NCBI GenBank assembly: GCA_013265495.1
Contig: MU058540.1
Coordinates: 3,063,696-3,123,695 of the forward strand
Origin: Vicugna vicugna
Taxonomy: Eukaryota
Reading direction: 5' to 3'
Length of the DNA: 60,000 nucleotides
Shown one piece after another: positions 49,931 through 60,000 of the stretch. A model generated the notes under the pieces. It was not told the DNA's origin and ran no database searches. It was given only the letters and a program-made list of their open reading frames with translations. The position numbers and the translations under genes were made by a program. Numbering within the stretch: position 1 is the stretch's first letter; every line of letters starts with the position of its first letter.

Positions 49931-51148
49931 GGCCAGGGGCCAGGCTGGTGGAGAACCGGCCATTGACAAAGTCATGGTCAAGCAGAATTGGAAAGCTGCC
50001 AGTGTTCTCTCTTCAGTACCACCTGTCACCTCCTCTTTGGGGAGTCTTCTTGCTGCTCCCCTCCCTTTCAGCCCCCAGGGTTCTAATCAGGGACCGTGGT
50101 TGTGTCAGTGCTGCAGGCTCCCCTGCTGCATCCACCACCCATCAAAACTCATCTGTCTAGTTCCTATCCCTGCAGAGAGGCGCTGACCCTCTAACAGAGG
50201 AACTAGGGGACCTAGGGGAACAGGGAGGGAAGAGGCCACCCTATCTGAGCTGTCTTGGATGGCCCAGTGTGTTGAAAAACTGGCATCAACTGGGCACACA
50301 GGGATGCCTGACCTAACAGTGGCTGTTGGTTGCTTCATTCACCTCTAGCTTAGACACAGCCTTCTCTCTGGGGACTGGTGGTGGGAGGAGGTGCCTCTCC
50401 CCTTCCCAGACACATCCAAGGGTCACTGCTGCAGCAAGAGAAGATGGTACACAGGGACAAATCACACGCAAGATCTAGCCCCAGAAGAGGCTTAGAGACC
50501 CTCAGGGCCTAAGCTTTACTACAAATGTGTCAACAGGGTACGGCACCAGAATCTGGCCATGGCGTTTTGCTGCTGAAAACTTTCCGTGGCTCCCCACTGC
50601 CTGCAGGGACAGAGTCCAGACCCTGTGGCCTGGATGTAAGACCCTTTGCCCCAGGTCCCAGCTCTCCTCTCCAGCTCCTCCTCTGGGCTTTGGTCTGATG
50701 AGCCTCTATCGCCTTCATCCAGCCATCTCCTGCTCACATGGTGAGACCCAGCAGGGCATGGATTTCCTGGGGAAGTCATCCTTGCTCCCCAGCCACAGTC
50801 TAGATGGGTTAGGGGCTGCCTCTGTGACCTTACCAGGTGCATCCCTCCTAGGACCCTTATTCATGTCACCTTGTTATTGCCTAGTCTCTTGATCATCACC
50901 CAGCCTGTAGGCTCCCAAGGGATAGCGACTGTGGGCTTGGCAAATCTCAATGAACATTTGGTGAGGGAAGAAATGAATAAATGAATGAATTTAGTGCCAT
51001 CTGCCAGGCCCTGTGGCTGACAGCCCCACATGCCCACAGACCCAGACATCCACGTGTGGACGTGTCCGCCCACGTGCCTGGTTGTCAGTGTCCCTGAGCT
51101 TGTGTGGGTCCCTGCATTTGTCAGCCAGCATCACCAATGAAGTCCTTC

Positions 51149-51167
51149 TGGCCAGCAGGTGGCACTG
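51149..51167 (+). promoter_or_regulatory. CTCF motif (forward orientation)
   Basis: TGGCCAGCAGGTGGCACTG matches CCASYAGRKGGCRS at all 14 positions. Confidence 0.65.
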
Positions 51168-51626
51168 TGCCCCTCCACTGCGGCGTTCATCCATCCTAAC
51201 TGCCCCTGGCTGTCATCACTGGAGGGGCCTCTGCATGCACACAGAGCTGGCCTCCCTCATGCCACAGTGGGCCAGGGCTGCCTGGATCTCATGGGGAATC
51301 AGTCTGGTTTTCCAGTTGAGCAGCCAGGGCTCTGATGCCACAGCGTGCAAACTTTGGTTCAACCCATGTCTGTGGTACTATGTATGTTCAGCACCAAGCT
51401 GGACTCCAGAGGAGAGCCTAAGCCCAGGCAGCTGCAGAGCACAGGGGTTAAAATAAAAGTGTGGGCTCAGAGTCCCAGCTCTGCCTTTAGCTGACTGTGT
51501 GACCTTGGGCAAGTTCCTTAACCTCTCTGAGCTTGTTTTTTTTTTTAATTAAGTGGGAATCATGGCAATGTGGAAAATGAAATAATCAGTGTAAAACATG
51601 GACCTCTGTGGGGCTGTACCATAAGG

Positions 51627-51774
51627 CAGTGGCTCTCAAACTGTAGCCCTAGAGGGCTCCACCTCGGGAGTTTCGGATTCAGTGGGTCTAGGGTGAGGAC
51701 TGTGAAGCATTTCTAACAAGTTCCTTGGTGCTGCTGATGCTGCTGGTCTGGGGACCACATTTTGAGAACCCCTG
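51627..51774 (+). mobile_element. MER5A hAT-Charlie MITE
   Basis: TIR-like ends cagtggctctcaaa...tttgagaacccctg; interior gattcagtgggtctagggtg...ctgatgctgctggtctggggaccacattttgag. Confidence 0.8.
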
Positions 51775-52849
51775 GATGCAGGATGCTCATAGTCAGGGGA
51801 GACACACAAGGTTAAAAACACTGCGCAAAAGCAGCAGGCTTCTGGCCAGATATAATGGAAGCAGAGGAGTTGGAGGTGCAAACTCCAAGGGGCTATCAGA
51901 GCCCAAGGAAAGGGGGCATACGCCTGTGGCCTGGGCAGTAGGAAGGGGAGAAAGAGGGGCCTCTGGAGCTGGCTCTGCTCTCTCCCGCTGCTATTTTCAG
52001 CTCTGCCCCTGGGCAGTCGTGTTGGAGGAAGTGAGCCCAGGGGCTGGCTGTCCGGCTGGCAGGGCACCAGGCCGGCCTCCTCCACGTGGCTGCTGCCTTT
52101 CCCTGGAAGGGATGGGTCAGTTAGTTCTTTAGCTCCCAGGTTGGCTTCTGCTATGCTTCCTCAGCTTCTGGGAACTCACATTTCCTTTCTCTTTCTTTTT
52201 TTTTAATACTGCTTTTTAATCAAATTATCATGAAGCCAAAGCATGGCCGTCTTAGAACACCAATACAAAGCAGAAAAATATAAAGAAGAAAATGAAAAAG
52301 CAGCTCCAGTCACTCAGAGATAATCACTATCTCCTTCCTTGTGTATGTGTCTCATGCACAATATTGTATCCATTTGACATTGTAGCATAAATGCTGTCCT
52401 TCCACAGTAAAACGCTTACAGAGCATGACTTTCAGGGCAGCACAATAGTCTAAGTGAAGCTCTTGATGCATTTCAGGTGACTCCCCAGGGGATCTTCCTA
52501 GAAAGGGACTCATTGGGTCAAAGGACATGAAAAGTTTTAAGACTCTTGATACATTTGGACGAAATACTTTCCAAAAACATTGTGCAGGTTGATGGTTCCA
52601 CCCAAGGTGGAGGGGAATGGGAGCTGCTGGGCTCAATTCACAGCATTTAAAACGAAACAAGGAGGCCGAAAACAGCCACAGGGAGGGAAGAAGAGCCCAG
52701 CACTGTCCAAGTCATCCGGGCAGCGCCATGCCCTGGGTCACGGTCCAGACCAAGGATGTGGCACCTTTGGCCACAGCTGGCCTGGGCAGAGCTGCCCTCC
52801 TGCTCTTGGAGCCAAGGTCGCTCTTAGCACCTCACTTTCTCTCATACCT

Positions 52850-53620
52850 CCTGTCCAGTCTGTTTGCAAATGCTGTTGGAACTAGTTTCAGAACATCCTC
52901 AATGTGCCCACTTCTTCCCACTCTACTGCTTACCAACCTGGCCCAGTGCTGCCTGGATGATCTTGGTAGCCCCCTTGTCTCCCTGCCTTCCCCCATCCAT
53001 TGCCCCATTGGAGTCTTTCTCCAGAGCAGCCAGAGAGATCCTTTTACAACCTAGGTCAAATCAGGTCAATCCTCAGCTCAAAACCCTCCAGTGGCTCCCA
53101 TCTCACTCAGGGTTGAAAGCAGAGACCTCACCCTAACCTCCTTTAGGATCTGTGGCTCCCCAACTCCCGTTACCTCCCTGATCTCACTTCCTACCACTCC
53201 CTCCCTTACCTTCTCAGCTCCCTTACGCTCCTGGGAACATCCCCAGCACACTCCTGCCTCAGGGCCTTTGCACTGCTGTCCCCTCTGCCTGGTACATTTC
53301 CTCTGCTGTCCACAGACCTCCTCTGCTCAAATTTCATCTCAAAAACAACCACAAGCAAACATGACCTATTCTGGAAAGGCCCTCCCTGACCACTGTGACT
53401 AAAATAGCACCTTGGCTCTCCTGGTTTCCTTACCCTGTGGGATGCTCCTTCAGGGACCTGCCTGCTTCCTTGATTGTCTACTTTCCTACTGGAAGAAAAC
53501 CTCCCTGAGGGCAGTACTCTCTGCCTATTTTGTTGACTGCTGTATCCTCAGCGCCAGATGTACTGCCTGGTGCAGAGTAGGTGGTCAGGGAACCTGTTGA
53601 ATGGAAAACTGAATGAAGGA
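52850..53620 (+). mobile_element. L2 fragment
   Basis: ctcaaaaccctccagtggctcccatctcactcag...gcctcagggcctttgcac...3' end tgttgaatgg...gaatgaa. Confidence 0.7.
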
Positions 53621-55329
53621 CTTCAGCATCTGGGTATGTGTGTGGTTTCTCTGCTAGACCATACCTTGCCACCTCTTTAACTGGCCAACTTGTGGACAGC
53701 GCCCAGCACATACCAAGCACCTGTGTAGTGTTTGCTGTATAAACGAACACATGGGGGGAAGAAGGAACTCAGGTCAGGGCGTGGGGGACTGGGAAACTGG
53801 GATTCCAGATGAGCCCCTGCCACTCACAGTCACGGAGGCCTTGGGCGAGTCTCTTCACCTCTTTGAACCTTGGTTTTTGTCCTCCATAAAACGAGTATGA
53901 TGATACCTGTGCTGCCACATCACAGACTGTGGTGAGGGGTAAATGACAAATGCAGGTCAGCAAAGCACAGGGACAGCCCTGCTCAAGCTTTAGCTCCTCT
54001 GTGAGGGTCTGCCCAACCCCCGCCTCACCCTACCAACCACTCCCTGCTCGGAGCTCCCTCGGAGCCCTGCGTAGGTATGTGTGTGTATGAGAGCCCTGCC
54101 AGTGTTTTCACGCATGGTGTATTTACAAGACTGTGCACTTGAGACAGGGCCAGGTCTTGCCATCTCTGCATCCATCTAGCGGGCACTGTGCCTGGCAGCT
54201 GGGCAGTACCCCTTTGACATCTGCTAACTGGCCAACAAATATATTTGTTGAAAGCAGTAGACATGTTACAGTGATACAAATAAATAAGGGTGGGGATTTC
54301 AGACCCAGACAGAAGGCTGGGGTGAGGCAACCCAGTAGGGGCTTTTAGTGTTTTCCTCTAGTGCCCTGACTGAGAGGAGGGGACAGAGGTACTGATGGAT
54401 CAGCCTTGCTCACTCTGGGATGGGACCTGGCCAGCTTCCTCCCAGACGTCTGCCACATCGGCCACATCTTCTGGGCTGTGGGGTGGAAGCCTGGCTACCC
54501 ACCTGCATTCCTCGCTCTGTGTACCCATGATCTCATCCTGGCCCTGCAGCCACCCACAGGGCAGGAGGCTTTGCCCCACTCTGCAGATGAGGAAAAGGAG
54601 GCTCATGAAGATGGATGCCCTGACCCTTGGCGGTCATCCTGCCTGGGCTCAGGTGGGCCCAAGGCTCCAATGGGGCAGGTGGAATGTGGTCATCGAGATC
54701 ATGTCACACTGTCCATTGGGGCTTTAAAAGTCCCGTTGGTCCTATCCACCCACTTAAATTCTGGTCAACTGATCGACTGACTCTCTCTAGGGCTGCTTGG
54801 GGGGTCCTAGGGTGTGCCAGGCCCGGCTGCCTTCCCTCTGTAGACTCGGTGACCCAGACAGGGCTAGCTGACAAACAGGCCCTGCCCGGGAGGGCGTGGG
54901 ATGCAGTGAGCGAAACTCCTTTTAGGAAGGAAATCTCAAAGCCAAGGTTGAGAAACCAGTGTCTCGCCAAGGCCTGAGGGTGGGGGAGCCCAGGTAAGCC
55001 GACTCAGTCCTCAGGAATGGGTGGGGTCTCGAGGGAGGCGGGCACTTCCTCCCACCCCAGCTCAGGGTCCTGTTCAATCCTTACTGAGGAGTTTCCTGGT
55101 GACAGGCAGTGACCTGTCGGCTGTCCGTGTGGGAAGCAGCTTGGCGTGGCCCTCACCATCTCATTAGTGGTGATTCACCCAGAACTCACCTGGCTGTCAG
55201 GGACCTGTCCCACTGCCCATTGGAACCAGCTCAGCCAGCACCCTTGCAGAGGCAGAGACCCCATTCCTTCAGGTCTCCATCCTCCATGGCTCCCAGGGCA
55301 AACCTGCCTGGCACACAGTCAGAACTCAG

Positions 55330-55870
55330 AATTCATTCATTCAACCAACAAATATTTATTGAGCATCTACTGTACTCCAGGTACTGTTGCTAGATACTGG
55401 GGATACAGAGTGAACCAGACAGACCCAAATCCGTGCCCTCCTGGAACTCACTTCTCATGGGGAAAGACAGACAGTGAACAAATAAATAAGTGAATCATAC
55501 GAGCTCTTGATGGTGAGTGCTATGGAGAAAAAGCAGGGAAGAACTTGAGATGGGGATTGCAATTTTAAATAGGATGTTTGATTGGATGTCTCTGAAAGGT
55601 GATATGTGTGCAAAACCTGTTGAAGATGAAGAAGGGAGCTGTACAGATAAGAGAGGGAAAAGGTGTATTAGAAACAGCAAGTGCAAGGGACCTGGGGTAG
55701 GAATGTGGGGTGAGGGCCATATTTAAGGACCAGCAAGAAGACCACTGTGGCTGAAGCAGAGCTGGCTCAAGGGAGAGTGGTGGAAGACAGGGTCCAAGTC
55801 TGAGGGTGGTTAATCCAGACTGTGCAGGGTCTTGTAGGCCTTTGTAAGAACTTTGGCTTTTTACTCAGCT
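55330..55870 (-). mobile_element. L2 fragment
   Basis: attcattcattcaaccaacaaatatttattgagcatctactg... L2 3' end in reverse. Confidence 0.75.
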
Positions 55871-57062
55871 GAATTCTGTCAAAATTCTCCAAATCCCCAC
55901 CCCCTGCCCCACTGAACCCAACACCAGCTTCCCAGGCTTCTTCTGCCTGGCTCAGAGCTCAGAGAGCTAAGTTAAAGATCAGGTGTGCTTTCACCAGGGA
56001 GCATCTGGAAGGATGAGTTGGCTGAGCAGAGGGTCGATGTCCATGGAGGATGTGGGAAGAGGAAGACGCCTGTTTGGGAGACAAGTACCTACTGCAGAGG
56101 GGGATGTTCTAGGGAGAGGAAGAGAAGGAAGCAGAGGCTGAAAAAGAAAGGTGGGGCCAGTAAGAGACAGCCTTGCCCAGCCACCTCCTAGCCTGTCCTA
56201 GACTCATCTGGGACACACCCCACTGACACTCTGCTCTAACCTCTCTCTCAGCTCTGGACCTTTGCACATGCTGTTCCCTCTGCCTGGGAATCCTTGCTGT
56301 TCTTTGCCTGGTAAACACCCACTCAACCTCCATGAAGGGGTCCCTGAGTCCCCAGAGCAGGTGCTCTACCCGTGGGCCCAGCACACCCTCCCATGGAAGC
56401 GTTCTCATACTGGGTCGTAGCTGCCCGCTGAGGGGTCTCACTTCTCTGTCGTACCCTGGCTGTGGGCCACTGGGATTTGCTTACCTTCCCATCCTCTGAG
56501 CCTGACACACAGCAGGTGCTGAAACAGCTGAGTGAATGAGGAGATGCTCACTAGGATCTGGATCCCTCAGAGGGTTTGGAACAGTGAAAGGCCAGCTTCA
56601 CATTTTAGGAAGATGCCTCTGGTTCAGTGTGTGGGAGGGGTGGAGGGATTGGAGGAGGGTGATAGCTAAGAAGCTACTGCAATTGTCCAAGCAGGGGAAG
56701 ACAGAAGCGAGGAAGGACACAGAACCAGGGTGCCAGTGGCTGGGAGTGAGAGGAAGAGCAAGATCTGGGAGCAGTTTTTAGAAGGCACATTACCACTGGT
56801 CCTGGGAGTGATGAGGAAGAGGGAGTAGAGGGTGGGGTCCAGCTTTCACTCTTTTATTTTATGTCCTTCCCATATCCTGCCCCTGGACAGACAGATACCA
56901 CTTCCTCAGACACGATATAGCACAGTGGCTTTGGAGCCTGACTCTGGGTTCAAACTCCACTTCCACCACATATTCAATATGTGACATCAGGCAGTTTTAC
57001 TCAACCTCTCTGTTCCTCAGTTTACCCCTCTCTAAGGCAAGGATGACAACTAAGAATCAGTT

Positions 57063-57225
57063 ACTGTGTGTCACTGATTCTAAGATTTCTGTTTTAACAT
57101 TTCTGAAATCTGGGTGAGTCTTAAAATCAACGGCGTGTCATGGATTAACTGGCAGCATTCTTTAGTGCTACATCATACGTGATATATCTGAAGTCTGACG
57201 GAGCCTTACGTTTAATGAAACACAA
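57063..57225 (+). mobile_element. MER104-like Tc2/mariner MITE inserted in a MIR
   Basis: gattctaagat...ttttaacatttctgaaatctgggtgagtcttaaaatcaacggcgtgtcatggattaactggcagcatt resembles the recalled MER104 consensus. Confidence 0.55.
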
Positions 57226-59784
57226 AAATACGTGGAGAGACCAGTACCTGGCACGCAGTAAGGGCTGGATAAATGTTAGCTATTATTACTGTCATTATTT
57301 GCTCTGTGGAGTACTGTTCGTCATACAAGGAAACAGATGCCCCATCAGAATAAAGAGACAAATATAATCTGGAGCTAAAACAGAAAAGGAGCTAATTCAT
57401 AAATAGCTATAAAAGTGAAAGAAAATCTTAGTAATTTCCCCCCAAAAATACCCAAAGTGTAATGCTTCCTCTGAAAGATCCTGAAGAATTCTGCCAAAGT
57501 TCCAGAGAAAACTTTAGAAATCCCTCCTTTACAATGGAGACCAGAACTCCTGGCTCCCTGACCGGCAGAGGGAACCAGGGCATGTCCCCAGATGACTTCG
57601 GGGGTGTTCCTTGTGTCCTTTCGAATTTCCCTGAGTCACCATTACTCACTGCCCACATTCAGGGCTCTGCTACCTTCTGACCGGGAGACCGATGCCCTGG
57701 GATCAAGGGGCAGCCTCAGACAGAAGCGTGATTGTGGAGTGTTCAGCACAGTCCATAAACCATCCCCAGCTCAGGAGAGCAGGGTGACCCTCGCCGGTGT
57801 CTTATTTTTGGCCTCTCGGGTTGAGTTCCTGCCTACTGACTTGGCAAATCCTGGGCGACTCGCCTTGTTTTCTCTCCTCACTTAAATACATGTCTGGAAA
57901 AAGCCTCCACCCCCACAGACCCTGCGGTGTGTGGAAATGGTGACAGGCCTGGAGGAGGAGGAGAAACTAGGCGGCTGGTTCTTGGAGCCTCCCCGGGATG
58001 AGGGGGAGAGGAGTTGGCCCAGGCAGGTGCTCTTAGGCACAGCTGCTCGGGTCAGCGATGCTCCCAGGGGCCAGTCCTGCGTCCCCCAGGGCTCAGCCAG
58101 GGCCCCCACCCCAGCTCTTATTCTCTCCTGCTCTGTCTGGGTTGATGAGAGACCATCTTGGCCCGGCTCCCCATGGCAGGCTCACACAGAACTCCTTGGT
58201 GATGGGGGCCACTTTTTGCCTGGAGTTGGGAGGCAGCGAGCCTGAGAACACAGGAATCTGACCAGGCACAGGCAGCATGCTTGTGGCTGGATGGCAAGGG
58301 CGTGGATGGAGGAGCCCTGTAGCCCGCAGCCAACATGCCTGCTCCCACCAGCTCTCAGCCAGAAGGGGGCAGGACAAATGTGCCCAGGACACTCTCCTAG
58401 GGAAAATGAGGGACTGAGTAGTCAGCAGTGGGTCTACTGGGAGGCCTTTTCAAAGGGACAACTGCCCTCTCTCCTGGCCCCCAGACTTCAGGCCAGCATT
58501 CTTCCAGTACCACAGTCTGATGGCATTTTCATTCCAGAATGCGAAATCTGCTGCAGACCTTTCCAATCACAAGTGCCACTGAGTCTCTTCTCTGGGCTGG
58601 AGTAAACACCTTTGAAACCGATGGTTTCAGACCTGGCAAAGGCAGGTCATGAACACTTGCTGAATGAAAGCACTGTGTGATCCCTGGGGGAACAAGCATT
58701 ATCCCCGTTTATCACACCCATTTTAAAGAGGAGCAGGCTGAAGCCCAGGGTGGTTAACAGCCTTGTCTGGGGTCCCACAGTTAACAAGTAGCACTTCTGG
58801 GCTTTTAACCAAGGTCTGTCAATCCCGTAGAGCCTTCGCTCTTGACTGCCGTATCACACTGCGTGCTTAGAAGGTACTTGAAAAAGCCCCTGGCACACAG
58901 GTGCTGGGTGGAGGCTGCTTAATAACAGTAGCCACTGTGGTGAACAACACGGATCTCATAATAACTCACTGAGGCTGCGTTTTGTTCCCATTTTAAAGAT
59001 AAGGAAATTGAGGCTCAGAGAGGCTTCATAACTTGCCCAAGACCACAGTTAGTGGTGGAGCCCGGCTGGGTTTGAAGCCAAGTCTCTTCTGACTTTACAA
59101 GCCATCTTGTAAATCTAACCACTGCACTCACTGTCTCCTTTGGGGAAGCACCACTGGCCCTGCTCAGCTGCGCCCTTCAAAGACTGCTGTTCTCTCTCTG
59201 CAAGGCCCCACGTGTGGCATTTTCTCTTGCTCATCTCTCTCTCCTAGACGGCACCTGAGCTTTTCATTGGGCATCCCAAGTGCAGGGACCTCTTCCAGCA
59301 GGGCAGCACCACCATGCAAGCCACATCTATTTGGCTCTCAGTCGTACCTTGAGGCCTTGCCCCCAAAGTTCATCCAACAGTGCCAAACAGTCCTGGCTTT
59401 GAACATCTCAATGAGAATTTTTTTATCAAAAGTAACCTTGGGAGACATGTCAGGAGCAAGATAACAGTGGTAAGAGATCACTGAGAAGGATGACAAGGGG
59501 TCTGGTCCCCCTGGAGGGTCTCTCGTGTCCTTGGTGGCATCTTTTGAGCCAAAACAAATAGAACAGCAGTCTTGGCCACCCTTTGCGGCTCATATGTGGG
59601 CCTCCGCAGTCACAGGCCATGGTGGGCAGGTCTCAGCAGGTAGAAAGCACTGGCATCCCTGCCCAACTTGGCCTGATTCTCCAAGGATCATAGAGAAAAC
59701 TCACTCCTTAGACCAAATGTTGAGTCAATTCCATAATCAGACTCATTTGCAGCATTGCTGGAGTGGTGAGAAGAAATGAAATCA

Positions 59785-60000
59785 TTTTGCAAAAAGAGAC
59801 CCTATTTACTTTACATCCATTAGAATGGCTACTTTTAAAAGTAGAAGAGAACAAGTGTTGACAAGGATGCGGAAAAACTGGACGTATTGTGCACCATTGG
59901 AGGGAATGTGAAATGACGCAACTGCTATGGAAAACAGTATGCAGTTTCCTCAAAAAATTAAAAATAGAACTACATATGATCCAGCAATCCCACTTCTGGA
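59785..60000 (+). mobile_element. L1 ORF2 3' fragment running off the window end
   Basis: ttagaatggctact...aacaagtgttgacaaggatgcggaaaaactgga...ctatggaaaacagtatgcagtttcctcaaaaaattaaaaatagaactacatatgatccagcaatcccacttctgg. Confidence 0.8.

Noticed and set aside
51387..51395. TTCAGCACC resembling an RE1
   Set aside because: Left half-site only; no GGACAG at the canonical spacing.
1..60000. CRISPR array, operon-like or other novel multi-gene system
   Set aside because: The sequence is mammalian; direct repeats found are TSDs, microsatellites or two-copy duplications with no repeat-spacer structure, and FGD2 is the only host coding gene I can support.

Overview
Eutherian mammalian genomic DNA, most likely camelid (three tRNA-derived SINEs resembling the camelid Vic-1 type; no Alu, B1, CanSINE or Bov-A/tA seen). 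The window holds one complete protein-coding gene on the + strand, FGD2 (FYVE, RhoGEF and PH domain-containing protein 2, a CDC42 GEF). I assembled it by hand as 16 coding exons from ATG 11251 to TGA 32001 (1974 nt, 657 aa, DH-PH-FYVE-PH) with no frameshifts or premature stops. The rest is intronic or intergenic and rich in old repeats (MIR, L2, L1M, MLT1 LTRs, MER DNA-transposon MITEs), plus one young 5'-truncated L1 with a perfect 18-bp TSD. I found no credible new multi-gene system. The best leads are regulatory or splicing signals: a dense STAT/IRF/NF-kB/PU.1/KLF motif cluster at about 49.5-49.9 kb (toward PIM1 if human synteny holds), a canonical RE1/NRSE in FGD2 intron 1, a weak GC-AG intron 3 with in-frame GT-AG alternatives, a G-rich 86-nt intron next to a 31-nt exon, and several strong CTCF motifs. 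Repeat family names come from recalled consensus sequences, not from a database search.
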